From a virus (lineage: Duplodnaviria > Caudoviricetes), in the IMG/VR virus record IMGVR_UViG_3300035208_002115: a DNA stretch of 64,000 bases; one strand, 5' to 3'. The notes below the pieces were generated by a model, which saw nothing but the letters and a program-made list of their open reading frames with translations, was not told the DNA's origin and searched no databases. This document shows, piece after piece, positions 41,577 to 52,120 of this stretch. Positions within the stretch are counted from its first letter, which is position 1; every line of letters starts with the position of its first letter. The translations under genes were made by a program, and so were the position numbers.

Positions 41577-41902
41577 ATACTCTGGGTATCTATATCATCA
41601 GTTTCATCAGCTATTTCAAAACCTTTATTATCCATTTGGAAAAACGCTGGGTCACTACCCTGATTTTTAACTGCGAGGACTGCTTCTTCTCCCATTAATA
41701 CATCTTGTGATTTGGTTGTTATTTTCCCAAAGCATTCATCTTCGGTTATCATATATTCTATTTGAGACAACGATAAATTATCTTCATCAAATGGTTCTTC
41801 GGATAAAATAACCACTTCTATTACCGTTTTATAAACGGTTTTTTGTTTTTTATCAGTTGTTTCTTCATTTAAAAAAGAATTAAATTTCTTAATATCGCTC
41901 AT
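41573..41902 (-). CDS. Acidic protein with capsid-targeting-like N-terminus
   Basis: MSDIKKFNSFLNEE. Confidence 0.6.
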   Translation of the reverse strand: MSDIKKFNSFLNEETTDKKQKTVYKTVIEVVILSEEPFDEDNLSLSQIEYMITEDECFGKITTKSQDVLMGEEAVLAVKNQGSDPAFFQMDNKGFEIADETDDIDTQSI

Positions 41903-41915
41903 ATTTTATATATAT

Positions 41916-42680
41916 TTAAATTGCATCTACTGGGTCAAACCAGTATTTGAAAAAATAAAAATTATTTTTTTCAATTGTATATTTTTCATCTTTGTACATT
42001 AAAACTAAATATGGATTACCATCGTTATCAATATCATATCCCAACAATCTAATTGTTGCACCCTCTTTTAATAATATATTTTCTCCCATATTACTTCTAA
42101 TATTAAGGTCGTTCTTTAAATTTTTATAGAAACCCTTATCTGGTATAAACCAGTTGTAAATTATTTTATAGATATAATTATTTAATTTTAGATAATATTC
42201 TCTATCGATATGCCTATACCTTATATCAGTGAATAAATCTGATGTTATTTTTGGTGGTTTATTCAAACCATTAAAATCTTTATATTTAGCGAAATATTCT
42301 TCACCTTGGAATTCGAAAGATAAATAGACATCTATAATATTTTTTTCATTCACAAAGATTCTAAGTATTTTAAAGTTAGTATATTCATCTATTTCTTCAA
42401 TAAACATATCGATGTTCATAGATTTAGCTATAATACCACCCATACTATTTAAAATTCTGGATATATCGTTAGCCATTTGAGAGGTTCGTGAATAATTATC
42501 TCGGTATGGTGATGAATCATCTGAATAAATTGAAATCTGTGGGTCGGATGCAAACCCATAACCCGGCCCCATTCCGTGAGGTTCAATACCAAATTGATAT
42601 TGATTGAATTCTGAATCCTCATTAAGGAAATCATAATTTTCTTTTAGATATGAATATGTGTTGTAACTTATTACTTTCAT
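41916..42680 (-). CDS. Hypothetical late-type protein
   Basis: Likely start MKVISYNTYSYLKEN at 42680, directly after TAATATATA. Confidence 0.6.
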   Translation of the reverse strand: MKVISYNTYSYLKENYDFLNEDSEFNQYQFGIEPHGMGPGYGFASDPQISIYSDDSSPYRDNYSRTSQMANDISRILNSMGGIIAKSMNIDMFIEEIDEYTNFKILRIFVNEKNIIDVYLSFEFQGEEYFAKYKDFNGLNKPPKITSDLFTDIRYRHIDREYYLKLNNYIYKIIYNWFIPDKGFYKNLKNDLNIRSNMGENILLKEGATIRLLGYDIDNDGNPYLVLMYKDEKYTIEKNNFYFFKYWFDPVDAI

Positions 42681-42748
42681 GATATTATATATTAAAAATA
42701 TCACCCGTATTTTTTAATATATAAGAAAATAAATAATAACATTTTAAA

Positions 42749-43585
42749 ATGGCTAAAAAGATAGTTAAAGAGGAAGAAATAAAAGTCCCGTCAAAGAAAC
42801 TCGTAGTAAAGGAAGAAATGGTTGTTTCTCTGGATGAAAATAAAAATATTATTAAAAAACCTATTCAGGTTATAGTTGAAGAAAAAACTATTGATGAAGA
42901 AGTTGAACAAAAAATAGTTTCTAATTTATCTAAACCTGAAAAGACTGCAAGTATTGATTTTGATATTGATAATAGTATTAATGATTCTTTTATGGAAATT
43001 GAGGCTGAAGAAATGAAAGATGATGATGATATTTTTACAGAACCTGTTGTAAAAGAAAATAAAAATATTATTAATGAAGTAATAATCGATAAACCTAAAG
43101 TAGTAGAGGTAATAAAACCCACTGAGGTTGAAATAAAACCCACTGAGGTTGAAATAAAACCCACTGAGGTTGAAATAAAACCCATTGAGGTTGTAAATAA
43201 AATTAAAGAAGAAGTTAAAGTAGTTAATAATGAAAATAAAAATATAAAATCAGAAGAAAAAGAAAAAAAAGTATCAAGTGACACTAAAATAATTAAAGAT
43301 ACAGCTTCTGAACCACTTAAAAAAACAGAAGTTTTTCATTATAATGCACCTGATAAGGTCAGATTAATTCAAGATAAACCATCTGTACCACTTCAGGCCG
43401 AAGGATTATCTGGGAAAAAATTATATGAAAGTTATTTAGATAGAAAATTTGTTATGATTTACAATGGTGAGTTGCTTTATGATAGTGAAAAATCGAGTTA
43501 TTTACCAATATTTCATAATAACTATTTTGAATTATATTCAATAAAATATTCTTATCGAGGATTGAGAATAAAAATTAAAGAATAA
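42749..43585 (+). CDS. Low-complexity E/K/V-rich protein
   Basis: 278 aa; IKPTEVE repeats. Confidence 0.65.
   Translation: MAKKIVKEEEIKVPSKKLVVKEEMVVSLDENKNIIKKPIQVIVEEKTIDEEVEQKIVSNLSKPEKTASIDFDIDNSINDSFMEIEAEEMKDDDDIFTEPVVKENKNIINEVIIDKPKVVEVIKPTEVEIKPTEVEIKPTEVEIKPIEVVNKIKEEVKVVNNENKNIKSEEKEKKVSSDTKIIKDTASEPLKKTEVFHYNAPDKVRLIQDKPSVPLQAEGLSGKKLYESYLDRKFVMIYNGELLYDSEKSSYLPIFHNNYFELYSIKYSYRGLRIKIKE
43111..43193 (+). repeat. In-frame 21-nt tandem repeat, four copies (IKPTEVE)
   Basis: AATAAAACCCACTGAGGTTGA three times plus one variant. Confidence 0.9.
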
Positions 43586-43588
43586 ACA

Positions 43589-45676
43589 ATGAAATTAAAA
43601 AATTTAACAAGTTATAAAGATTTTTTACAAATAAAAGAAGCTAAAGAGTTTACCAATGATACAACTTGGAGTGAAAGTTTATTAGGAAAAGCAGTTGGTA
43701 GTTTACTAAAATTATTTAGTAATGGATTATCTAATGCAGTATTTTTACACTCAATAAGAAATATTAAAGGTGTTGTATTAGATGGTGTTGAAGAATATTT
43801 ATCTGGAAGTACAACTGGAACGATGAGTGGTACAACAGTGAACCCAATTGGTGCGACATCACCCGATGAAAATAACAGTGGAGAATTACAAACCCCTGAT
43901 GGTACACCATCTGGTATCACAAGTGATACAACTGAATCGAATTTACAATTTAAGTTTGGGGATGAAAATCTCGAATTGAAAAAAATGGAAGTTACTAATG
44001 ATGATGGTACAAAAAGTTATATAGATGTTGATAAAAGAGGTCAAGAAGTGCTGACACAACTGAAAGATTCTAAAGATATTAAAAGTATTGTAAATAATGA
44101 GTTTTTTAAAGATTCTATCAACAACTTGGCTATCAGTGAAATATCAAGAAAAATAAATGAATCAATAAAAACATATCAAAAAAATGCTGATGAATTTAAG
44201 AAAATAGAAGCTACAAATCCAAAAGAGAAGAAAGCACTGAATGATTTAGAATTGAAAAATAATAAACTTAAATCGTTGAAGTTGCAAATTACATATGATA
44301 AAGCTGATTTAATGATATTGAAATTTAAATTTGTAAAATTAAGGGAAGCAGTGAAAAAATTAGGTGGTTATATTTCACCCGTTGGAGAATTATTTATCAA
44401 TGGTCAACGTGTTGATTTTGAAACTTTACAACCAATAATAAAACCCGAACCAACAAAAGTAGTTGGGTCTGAAGATAAAAAGAGTGTTGGTGCTGAATTT
44501 AATGATGTGAAAAATGGTAAAATAATAAAGAAAAAAAATATAGTTCCCAAAAATAGTGGAAATACAGTTGAATCATTTTTTTATTTAGAAGATGATATGA
44601 TTAATGAAGCACTATTAGGTGGTTTTACCAGATATAACAAGAAAATTGAAGAACTCACATTACAACAAAAAAATAAAATTGATAAAGAAGCAGCTACGAA
44701 GAAAATAAATTTGAGTAAATTATATTCTTATCATTTATTATCTGAAAGGCAGTATATAAAAGGAGATGGTACTCGTGATGCTAAATTAGAGAATATTTGG
44801 AAACAAGATGTGTATAAAGCTTTATCAAGATTTAATGATTTAGTTAATGTAGAAAGGGTGAACCCATTCTCGCCATCTTTTGCTTTAAATAAAGAACAGA
44901 AAGATAATATTTCCACAGAATCAAAAGATAAAATTGATGCCACAAACACCGCACTTGGTACTGGTAATAGTGTTGCTGAAAGAGTTAAAAGAATTGGTTT
45001 ATCAGAAACACAAGTACCAGCCGAACATTTGAAAGGACGTGGTATAAATGACCTGTATATGTTAAATTTTAAATGGTCAACAAGAAGTAAAACAGTAGCT
45101 GAAAACGAAGCTATGGTTGCGGTCAAATATATGAATATTGGTGGGTTTGATGCCTTATTCTTAATTGATACATATAGTAAAGAATTTATGGATAAATATG
45201 ATATATCTAAAAATAAAATTAAAAATACGAAAGATATAAATTTAATTTCTTTTTTAGTAGGAACAACATTTAATATGGAATCTGGTGGTACACAGAGTAT
45301 AAAAGCTGCAAGTGATTATACACCATGTTTTATTTTTAAAAATAAATTAAAATTTCCAATCACTACGTTGTTTGTAACAAATGAGGTTCATGTTTTTAAT
45401 ATTTTAAAAGTGAATGATAAAGATGAGGTTTTTATACCAACTTTAACGACTAAACATCAAGAAGCTACAACATCAGATGCTATAAAAAAGGCTGTTATGA
45501 ATGATAATTTGTATAAAAAGAAATTAAATATAATAGCGGTTGATATATATCCAGTATTTGGTATACCAAAAGAATCAAGTGGTGAATATGTAACTAAAAA
45601 TAAAATTGACATTAATATTATTAATAATTATGCTAATGAAATAAAAGCATATTTTCAAAAATTAAATTTAGCATAA
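43589..45676 (+). CDS. Large putative virion-associated protein
   Basis: MKLKNLTSYKDFLQIKEA; internal MINEA; 695 aa. Confidence 0.55.
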   Translation: MKLKNLTSYKDFLQIKEAKEFTNDTTWSESLLGKAVGSLLKLFSNGLSNAVFLHSIRNIKGVVLDGVEEYLSGSTTGTMSGTTVNPIGATSPDENNSGELQTPDGTPSGITSDTTESNLQFKFGDENLELKKMEVTNDDGTKSYIDVDKRGQEVLTQLKDSKDIKSIVNNEFFKDSINNLAISEISRKINESIKTYQKNADEFKKIEATNPKEKKALNDLELKNNKLKSLKLQITYDKADLMILKFKFVKLREAVKKLGGYISPVGELFINGQRVDFETLQPIIKPEPTKVVGSEDKKSVGAEFNDVKNGKIIKKKNIVPKNSGNTVESFFYLEDDMINEALLGGFTRYNKKIEELTLQQKNKIDKEAATKKINLSKLYSYHLLSERQYIKGDGTRDAKLENIWKQDVYKALSRFNDLVNVERVNPFSPSFALNKEQKDNISTESKDKIDATNTALGTGNSVAERVKRIGLSETQVPAEHLKGRGINDLYMLNFKWSTRSKTVAENEAMVAVKYMNIGGFDALFLIDTYSKEFMDKYDISKNKIKNTKDINLISFLVGTTFNMESGGTQSIKAASDYTPCFIFKNKLKFPITTLFVTNEVHVFNILKVNDKDEVFIPTLTTKHQEATTSDAIKKAVMNDNLYKKKLNIIAVDIYPVFGIPKESSGEYVTKNKIDINIINNYANEIKAYFQKLNLA

Positions 45677-46002
45677 TGATAAAAAATTTTAAAAATTTTA
45701 TAAATGAAGATATAGCTGATAAGGTTAAGGATGATTTAGCGCAAGTCATTGACATTGATAAAGAAAAAAAAGATGTCGAAAACATACAGTTAAAAATAGA
45801 AGATGCTAAGAAACAGATTGAAACTAAAAAAACTGAGATGCAATCTGAGGTAGACAAAATGGAAAAACTGGAAATCGAGGATTATAGTGAAGAAAATCAA
45901 AAACTTATGAAAGATAAAATAGAAAAATTTAAAACAGACATTACGAGTCTCGAACAGACTATCAACTTATTTGATATTGAATTGAAAAAATTAAAAGCAT
46001 AA
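45676..46002 (+). CDS. Coiled-coil protein with capsid-targeting-like N-terminus
   Basis: MIKNFKNFINED. Confidence 0.6.
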   Translation: MIKNFKNFINEDIADKVKDDLAQVIDIDKEKKDVENIQLKIEDAKKQIETKKTEMQSEVDKMEKLEIEDYSEENQKLMKDKIEKFKTDITSLEQTINLFDIELKKLKA

Positions 46003-46010
46003 TTTACATT

Positions 46011-48491
46011 ATGTCTAAACTTGACGAAAAGTATATATTAAATTTACAAAATTTGAGTGATGCCTTAGAATCTTTAGTAGATATACTAAAAGAACAACAT
46101 AAAGCAGGTGGTCAAGCTGGTGGTACAGACACGGTTAATACTATGTTGGGTAATATGGACACTGAAAAGTTTAATAAAATAGTTGATGATTTAAACGATG
46201 TAAAGGCGACAAGCATTCGAATTGAAAATAATACTGATAAAATATTAAAAGAAGTAAAAGATGCCAGAAGTGCTAAAGAATCTGGTATGTTTGGTGAAAT
46301 AGAAGACCCAAAGAACAAATCTAAAATCGTTGATGGTATAAAAGTGGTTGCATTAATAGCTGGTGGTGTGTTGGCTATTGGTTTAGCATTTAAAATAATA
46401 GGTAATGTAGATTTTCTTTCTGTTATAGGTTTAAGTGTTGCAATGTTAATAATGGCTAAAACATATTCAGAAATGTCTAATATGAAAGGTATGAATTGGA
46501 AGAATGTTTTGATTATAAATCTAATGTTGGTTACTATGTCGATAGCCTTGTTAGCATCCAGTGTAATACTTAACCAAATGCCAGATTTATCACCCAAGCA
46601 ATTAATAACAGCTATTGCATTAGGAATAACTATGGGTATTGTGTCATGGGGGTTATTAAAAGGAATCGGTTCATTTGACCCTAAAAATATGTGGATGATT
46701 GCAATAATACCAGTATTAATACCAGCCGTTGCAGGTGGTATATTACTTGCTGCATTAATCTTTACTAAGTTACCTGCATTAAGTTTTAGCCAACTTCTTA
46801 CTGCTATTTTTGTTGGTGTTGCATTAATACCAATTTCATTTGCATTCTCACTGATGGCTAAAGGATTAAAAGGTGCTGATTGGAAATCGGTATTATTTAC
46901 ATCATTAGCAGTACCTGTAATGGCTTCTACAATAGTTGGTGCAAGTTATTTATTTCAAAAAATGCAAGATGTAACATTTAATCAAATGCTTTCTGGTGTA
47001 TTTGTTGGAATTGCTTTAATACCAATCGCATTTGCATTCGCACTTGTGGCTAAAGGATTAAAAGGTGCTGATTGGAAAACTATGTTATTTACATCACTGG
47101 CTATACCAGTGATAGCTGGGGCTTTAGTAGCAGCAAGTGTAATACTTCAAGGTTTACAACCCGTTGAAGACCCAGTGGGTATGATATTAACAAGTATAGC
47201 AATTGGTGTATCAGTACTGGCTTTAGTTCCAGCATTTTTCTTAATATCTAAAATGAAAATGGATATGAAATCCATGTTAATGGGTGCATTGACAATAATT
47301 GTTGTATCTGGTGTTATTATGATATCAAGTCAGATTTTAGCGTTAGGAAAATATGATAATTATCCTTCGGTTGATTGGGCTGCTGGTGTTGGATTGTCTA
47401 TGTTATCGTTTGTTCCAGCAGTTGTTATTCTTGGATTAATTGCAACATCGGGTGTTGGATTAGTTGCAATAGGACTTGGGTTATTATCTGTGATTGGTGT
47501 AGCTGCTGCTATGCTTGCTGTAAGTTATATTTTAGGAATGGGGAAATGGGACAACTTCCCATCGGTTGACTGGGCTAAAGGTGTTGGATTATCGATGTTA
47601 GCTTTTATAGTACCTATGATTGCGCTTGGTACGTTAATAATGGCGACATTTGGTATAGGTGGTTTATTGCTATTAGCAGGTGCTGGAGCTATAATGGGTA
47701 TTGTAAGTTTGATGGTAGATATATCAAATGTGTTCTCATCAAATTCATTTGACAGTTATCCATCAGTTGATTGGGTTAAAGGTGTGACTGGAGCATTAAA
47801 TTCGTTCGGGTCTTTTATAACTAATATGCCTGTTGGTATTTTTGATATGTTAAAAGTTTTATTGTTGGGTAGAGCTATTGTTAATATAGCAAAATTATTT
47901 AATAAAAATGCGAATTTGTTTAATGAACCAAATGTTGCTTGGGTTGATAACATTAAAAATATTTTGGATGTTTTCCAATTGTTACCAGATAAAGATAAAG
48001 CTGATGGATTAAATGCAATTACTAATAGTCTTAATAGAATGGCTATGTTAGGTGCTGCAAATATAATACCTATATTGTTATTGGCTGGGACTATAAGAAG
48101 ATTAAATAGTGCTTTAGATGAATTAAATGAAAAAAATGTTGATAAATTAACACAACTTTCAAAAGGAGTTATGATATTATCTATTATAGACGATTCCAAG
48201 TTGGCCGATGTAATCGAAACGTTAAATGATAAAAAAAGGGAACTATCTACTGTATTTGATGAAAAGGGGTCGTCTTTCATTCAAGATATATTAAATGCTA
48301 AAAATGCTGGTGTATCGACATCACCTATTGGTGGTAGTAACACTGTTAATGCTCAAAAATCCACCGAACCTGAAGAAGATAGAAGTGTTATAATACTACA
48401 AGAAATAAGTGATAAAATAGATACTCTTATAACTAAAATGGAAAAGGTAGAAAAAGCATCTAATGTTGGAACATCTTTAGGTATTGATTAA
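46011..48491 (+). CDS. Tape-measure-like protein with repeated hydrophobic helices
   Basis: 826 aa, A/G/L/I-rich repeats of about 65 aa (AKGLKGADWK twice, PSVDW three times). Confidence 0.55.
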   Translation: MSKLDEKYILNLQNLSDALESLVDILKEQHKAGGQAGGTDTVNTMLGNMDTEKFNKIVDDLNDVKATSIRIENNTDKILKEVKDARSAKESGMFGEIEDPKNKSKIVDGIKVVALIAGGVLAIGLAFKIIGNVDFLSVIGLSVAMLIMAKTYSEMSNMKGMNWKNVLIINLMLVTMSIALLASSVILNQMPDLSPKQLITAIALGITMGIVSWGLLKGIGSFDPKNMWMIAIIPVLIPAVAGGILLAALIFTKLPALSFSQLLTAIFVGVALIPISFAFSLMAKGLKGADWKSVLFTSLAVPVMASTIVGASYLFQKMQDVTFNQMLSGVFVGIALIPIAFAFALVAKGLKGADWKTMLFTSLAIPVIAGALVAASVILQGLQPVEDPVGMILTSIAIGVSVLALVPAFFLISKMKMDMKSMLMGALTIIVVSGVIMISSQILALGKYDNYPSVDWAAGVGLSMLSFVPAVVILGLIATSGVGLVAIGLGLLSVIGVAAAMLAVSYILGMGKWDNFPSVDWAKGVGLSMLAFIVPMIALGTLIMATFGIGGLLLLAGAGAIMGIVSLMVDISNVFSSNSFDSYPSVDWVKGVTGALNSFGSFITNMPVGIFDMLKVLLLGRAIVNIAKLFNKNANLFNEPNVAWVDNIKNILDVFQLLPDKDKADGLNAITNSLNRMAMLGAANIIPILLLAGTIRRLNSALDELNEKNVDKLTQLSKGVMILSIIDDSKLADVIETLNDKKRELSTVFDEKGSSFIQDILNAKNAGVSTSPIGGSNTVNAQKSTEPEEDRSVIILQEISDKIDTLITKMEKVEKASNVGTSLGID

Positions 48492-48516
48492 AAATTTTTA
48501 AACAATCTATCATTTT

Positions 48517-48993
48517 TTGTATATAAATATAAAAACATGTTTTGATATGAACAATTTAGTATATGCCAAAGTAAAGAAGGGTATTAAAGCATCTAAAAAA
48601 CGAGAATTATACCGTCAATACAAAAAAATTCTAAAATCTAATGGAGATGTTTTATTGAATAAACATAATATTAGGATTGATTGGATTCATAGAATGTGGA
48701 AGGTTTATAATGTACCAGTTGATGAACAAGGAAATATTTATCATTATGGTAGTAAATACTTAAACGAATTAGTTAAAAAAGACTTATCCAGTATTGATAA
48801 AACTTTCATGTCAATGGGGTTATTAGAATTATCAGCACTTATTGAAACGGTAGTTATTGATGATTATAATGTGAAAGTAGTTATTAGTTTCAAACATTTT
48901 GATTTATTAAAAAGAATAAAGAGAAGAATATTATTTTTTTCTATCCTTACATTCGTAGTAACTTTTTTTTCAATTTTATTTATGATTTTATAA
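48517..48993 (+). CDS. Hypothetical protein with C-terminal transmembrane helix
   Basis: The real start is probably MNNLV at about 48547. Confidence 0.55.
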   Translation: MYINIKTCFDMNNLVYAKVKKGIKASKKRELYRQYKKILKSNGDVLLNKHNIRIDWIHRMWKVYNVPVDEQGNIYHYGSKYLNELVKKDLSSIDKTFMSMGLLELSALIETVVIDDYNVKVVISFKHFDLLKRIKRRILFFSILTFVVTFFSILFMIL

Positions 48994-49036
48994 ACTTTTC
49001 AGTTTAATGCTTATATAATCATAAAAAACATTTTAT

Positions 49037-49450
49037 ATGGATACTGGAAAATTTAAAGAATTAGACAAAGAGATTATAGATTTCATCGAAGGCGTTGAAT
49101 CTAATCTCAATTTACCAATTGAAATTAAATATCAATACCTCAGTTGTTCTAAACAAAAAGAACTAATTAAAATTATTAAAATCGCTGACCAATTTTCTTT
49201 TTTATTAAAAGCTGAAATATTGGTAATTGTTAATATGGAATATTTTGATGCTTTAACAGACGATATTAAAATTATTCTAATTGAAAGAGAACTTGATAAG
49301 ATAACAGTTAATCATAATACTGGAGCTATTAAATTCTCTAAACCATCTATACAGGTTTCTACTGGACTTGTTAACAAACATGGTTATGAAAATGTGGAAA
49401 GAGCATTAGAGTCTCAACGTGCTTTACAAACAAATAAGGAAGAACAATAA
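49037..49450 (+). CDS. Hypothetical protein, possibly a degenerate phage metallopeptidase fold
   Basis: ILIERELDKI where HELxH would be expected. Confidence 0.4.
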   Translation: MDTGKFKELDKEIIDFIEGVESNLNLPIEIKYQYLSCSKQKELIKIIKIADQFSFLLKAEILVIVNMEYFDALTDDIKIILIERELDKITVNHNTGAIKFSKPSIQVSTGLVNKHGYENVERALESQRALQTNKEEQ

Positions 49451-49533
49451 TTGTGTGTTCATAATAATGGTTATTTAAATAGTTAAAATAGTAAACAATT
49501 AAATTTGTTACACTTAAAAATAAAAATATAAAA

Positions 49534-50340
49534 ATGAGTGAATTTAAAGAAAAAATAGAACAATTAGAACAATTTAATTTTGCATCCGAGGAATCATTTG
49601 ATATCGATAAAAATTTTGATTTCATCAATGGCTTGGAGTTTGAAAGAACACAGTTGAAAAATTTAGAGGCTGAAACATTTGTTAAAGCCAACGGTGAAAT
49701 ATATCTTGATAAGGTGATTCTCGATAATTTCTTTGCTAAAAAAGAAAATCTTATTAGTTTAATCAGACGATATTCGGCTGATAAAGAAGTATTGAAAGCT
49801 TTAACTGATGAGGTTGGCGGTGGAAAAGATAAACTTTATAAAATAGCAAATTTCCTTTATAATTCTTTCTCACTTCATTTAAATGAGATGAAGTATAAAA
49901 TCACTTTCACTTATGATGAATATGATTTTATTTACAAAACGTTGAATCGTAAAATAAAATATACTTCAGATGAAGTATTTCAATATTTGAGATTATTTGA
50001 AGAAGGTCTTAGTCAATATGATGTTGTTTACAAAGCTACTAAAAAGGGTGAAGACATCGTAGCAGAACTTACAATTGCTAATATAATTCTGTTGTATCAT
50101 TTGATAAATAAATATCAAGTGGTGGGGGTTAATAATGAATTCCGAATTTTTTCAACGGTTTTAAACAAAATTGGAGAAGCTAATCAGGTTTATAATTCAA
50201 TTGTTATAATAAGAGATAGACTTAATGAACAGTTTCAAATGTGGACTACATCTATAACCCCAATAGAAACTAAAGGTGAGACAATTCCAGTTGAAAATAA
50301 GTCAACTCTTAAAATTGTTCCAGCGACTCCTGAAGATTAA
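49534..50340 (+). CDS. Hypothetical protein
   Basis: 268-aa ORF. Confidence 0.65.
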   Translation: MSEFKEKIEQLEQFNFASEESFDIDKNFDFINGLEFERTQLKNLEAETFVKANGEIYLDKVILDNFFAKKENLISLIRRYSADKEVLKALTDEVGGGKDKLYKIANFLYNSFSLHLNEMKYKITFTYDEYDFIYKTLNRKIKYTSDEVFQYLRLFEEGLSQYDVVYKATKKGEDIVAELTIANIILLYHLINKYQVVGVNNEFRIFSTVLNKIGEANQVYNSIVIIRDRLNEQFQMWTTSITPIETKGETIPVENKSTLKIVPATPED

Positions 50341-50396
50341 AATTCACATGCACACAAATATGATGGGTAATTACGCACTTAATGACCATCTTTTTT

Positions 50397-50424
50397 CCTC
50401 ACTTTATTTAAAGTGAGGTTTTTT
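50397..50424 (+). terminator. Intrinsic terminator
   Basis: CCTCACTTT-ATTT-AAAGTGAGG-TTTTTT. Confidence 0.8.
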
Positions 50425-50473
50425 ATTTAAAACAAAACGGTACATTTGTAATATATAATATTATATTTTTAAT

Positions 50474-51007
50474 ATGATGTCTGATAAGTCAATAAATAAT
50501 AAAAGTAAATTTCTCGCATATATCCTAAGACATAAGCCAGAAAAAGCTAATTTGAAATTAGATAAAGATGGTTGGGTACTGGTTAGTGACCTTATAAATA
50601 ATACAGATTTATCAATGTCAGAATTAGAAGAAATAGTTAAAACGGATGATAAAAAAAGATATTCGTTTAATGATGATAAGACTAAAATAAAAGCTAATCA
50701 AGGACATAGTACTAATGTTGTTATTAAATTCACAAAAAAAGTACCACCAGTTGTATTATATCATGGTACTTCATCCAGATTCTGGAAATCTATTCAAAAA
50801 AAAGGATTGGATAAAATGAATCGTCAATATGTTCATCTTTCAAAAGATATTGAAACTGCGTATAAAGTTGGTATTCGTCACGGTGAACCAATAGTTTTAA
50901 AAATAGATTGTTTATCGATGGTTAAAGATGGATATAATTTTTTCATTTCTGATAATGGTGTATGGTTAACAGATAATGTTCCACCAAAATACATCACAAA
51001 AAAATAA
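50474..51007 (+). CDS. kptA: RNA 2'-phosphotransferase (Tpt1/KptA)
   Basis: LAYILRHKP, DKKRY, KANQGHS, LYHGT, RQYVHLS, NGVWLT..VPP. Confidence 0.93.
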   Translation: MMSDKSINNKSKFLAYILRHKPEKANLKLDKDGWVLVSDLINNTDLSMSELEEIVKTDDKKRYSFNDDKTKIKANQGHSTNVVIKFTKKVPPVVLYHGTSSRFWKSIQKKGLDKMNRQYVHLSKDIETAYKVGIRHGEPIVLKIDCLSMVKDGYNFFISDNGVWLTDNVPPKYITKK

Positions 51008-51016
51008 AAATATAAA

Positions 51017-52120
51017 ATGGATACAAACTTATTATTAAATTACCTTAAAACTGATTCACCATCTACATATGAAGTAGAAGCACAAAAATTATGGGTGGCT
51101 GAAGCATCCAAATACGCTGATAATATTATAACAGATAATTATGGTAATGTAGCAGCTCTTATATGTGGTAAATGCACTGGTGACGATATTGGAAACCCTA
51201 TTCATAAGAAAGTAGTAATAGATGCTCATTGTGATGAAATAGGTTGGATTGTAAAATCTATAAATGATGATGGTTATATTAGTGTTGTTAGAAATGGCGG
51301 TACAGACAATGATATAACTATTGGTCAAAAAATAAAAATATTAACTAACCAAAGATATGATGATGGTGGTATAAAAAAAGTACAAGGATTCTTTGGTTGG
51401 ATTCCAATTCATTTGAAGAAAAAAGAAAATCCAGACAGACCAACTGAAGATAATATTTTTATTGATTTAGGTGTTATTTGCAAAAAAGACGTTGAGGAAT
51501 TGGGTGTTGAAGTTGGTAATTTTGTGGTAGTTGATAGAGAGCCAGAAATTTTGCATGACAAATATATAGTTGGCAAATCAATAGATGATAAAATTGGTGG
51601 ATTTATACTTTTGAGTATATTAAAAGAAATACGCACTCAAAATATAAAATTACCATATGATTTATATGTTGTTAATTCTGTTCAGGAAGAAATAGGACTT
51701 CGAGGTGCAGCTATGATAACAGAAACAATTAAACCAGATATAGCTATCTGTTTTGATGTCTCTTTTGACACTACAACACCACTTATTGATAAATCTAAAT
51801 ATGGTACATATAAAATCGGAGATGGTTTAATATTTAATCAGGGGTCAGATGTTCATCATGGTCTATTAGAACTTATGAAAAGTGTTGCTAAAAAGAATGA
51901 AATAAAACATCAAATTGAAATTCATAGAGCTGGTGGCACAAACACATATAGTTACTATTTATCGAACGGTGGTGTAGTTGCTGGTACAGTTGCTTTTCCA
52001 TTAAGATATATGCACACACCAAATGAACTTGTTGCTATGGATGATGTTGAATTGGCAATAAAGTATTATATTATATTATTACAAGAAATAAAGGAAAACC
52101 ATGATTTTAAATTATTCTAA
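51017..52120 (+). CDS. M42 family metallo-aminopeptidase
   Basis: AHCDEIG, DDK, QEEIGLRGA, FDV, GGT, RYMHT. Confidence 0.9.
   Translation: MDTNLLLNYLKTDSPSTYEVEAQKLWVAEASKYADNIITDNYGNVAALICGKCTGDDIGNPIHKKVVIDAHCDEIGWIVKSINDDGYISVVRNGGTDNDITIGQKIKILTNQRYDDGGIKKVQGFFGWIPIHLKKKENPDRPTEDNIFIDLGVICKKDVEELGVEVGNFVVVDREPEILHDKYIVGKSIDDKIGGFILLSILKEIRTQNIKLPYDLYVVNSVQEEIGLRGAAMITETIKPDIAICFDVSFDTTTPLIDKSKYGTYKIGDGLIFNQGSDVHHGLLELMKSVAKKNEIKHQIEIHRAGGTNTYSYYLSNGGVVAGTVAFPLRYMHTPNELVAMDDVELAIKYYIILLQEIKENHDFKLF

Noticed and set aside
43111-43193. 21-nt repeat as a third CRISPR array
   Set aside because: Head-to-tail tandem copies with no spacers, in frame within a low-complexity protein
42865-48280. 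Long antisense ORFs (e.g. 42865-43284, 46112-46597, 47756-48280) and similar shadows elsewhere
   Set aside because: They lie opposite well-supported genes and have the S/F/L/I-rich composition expected of shadow frames
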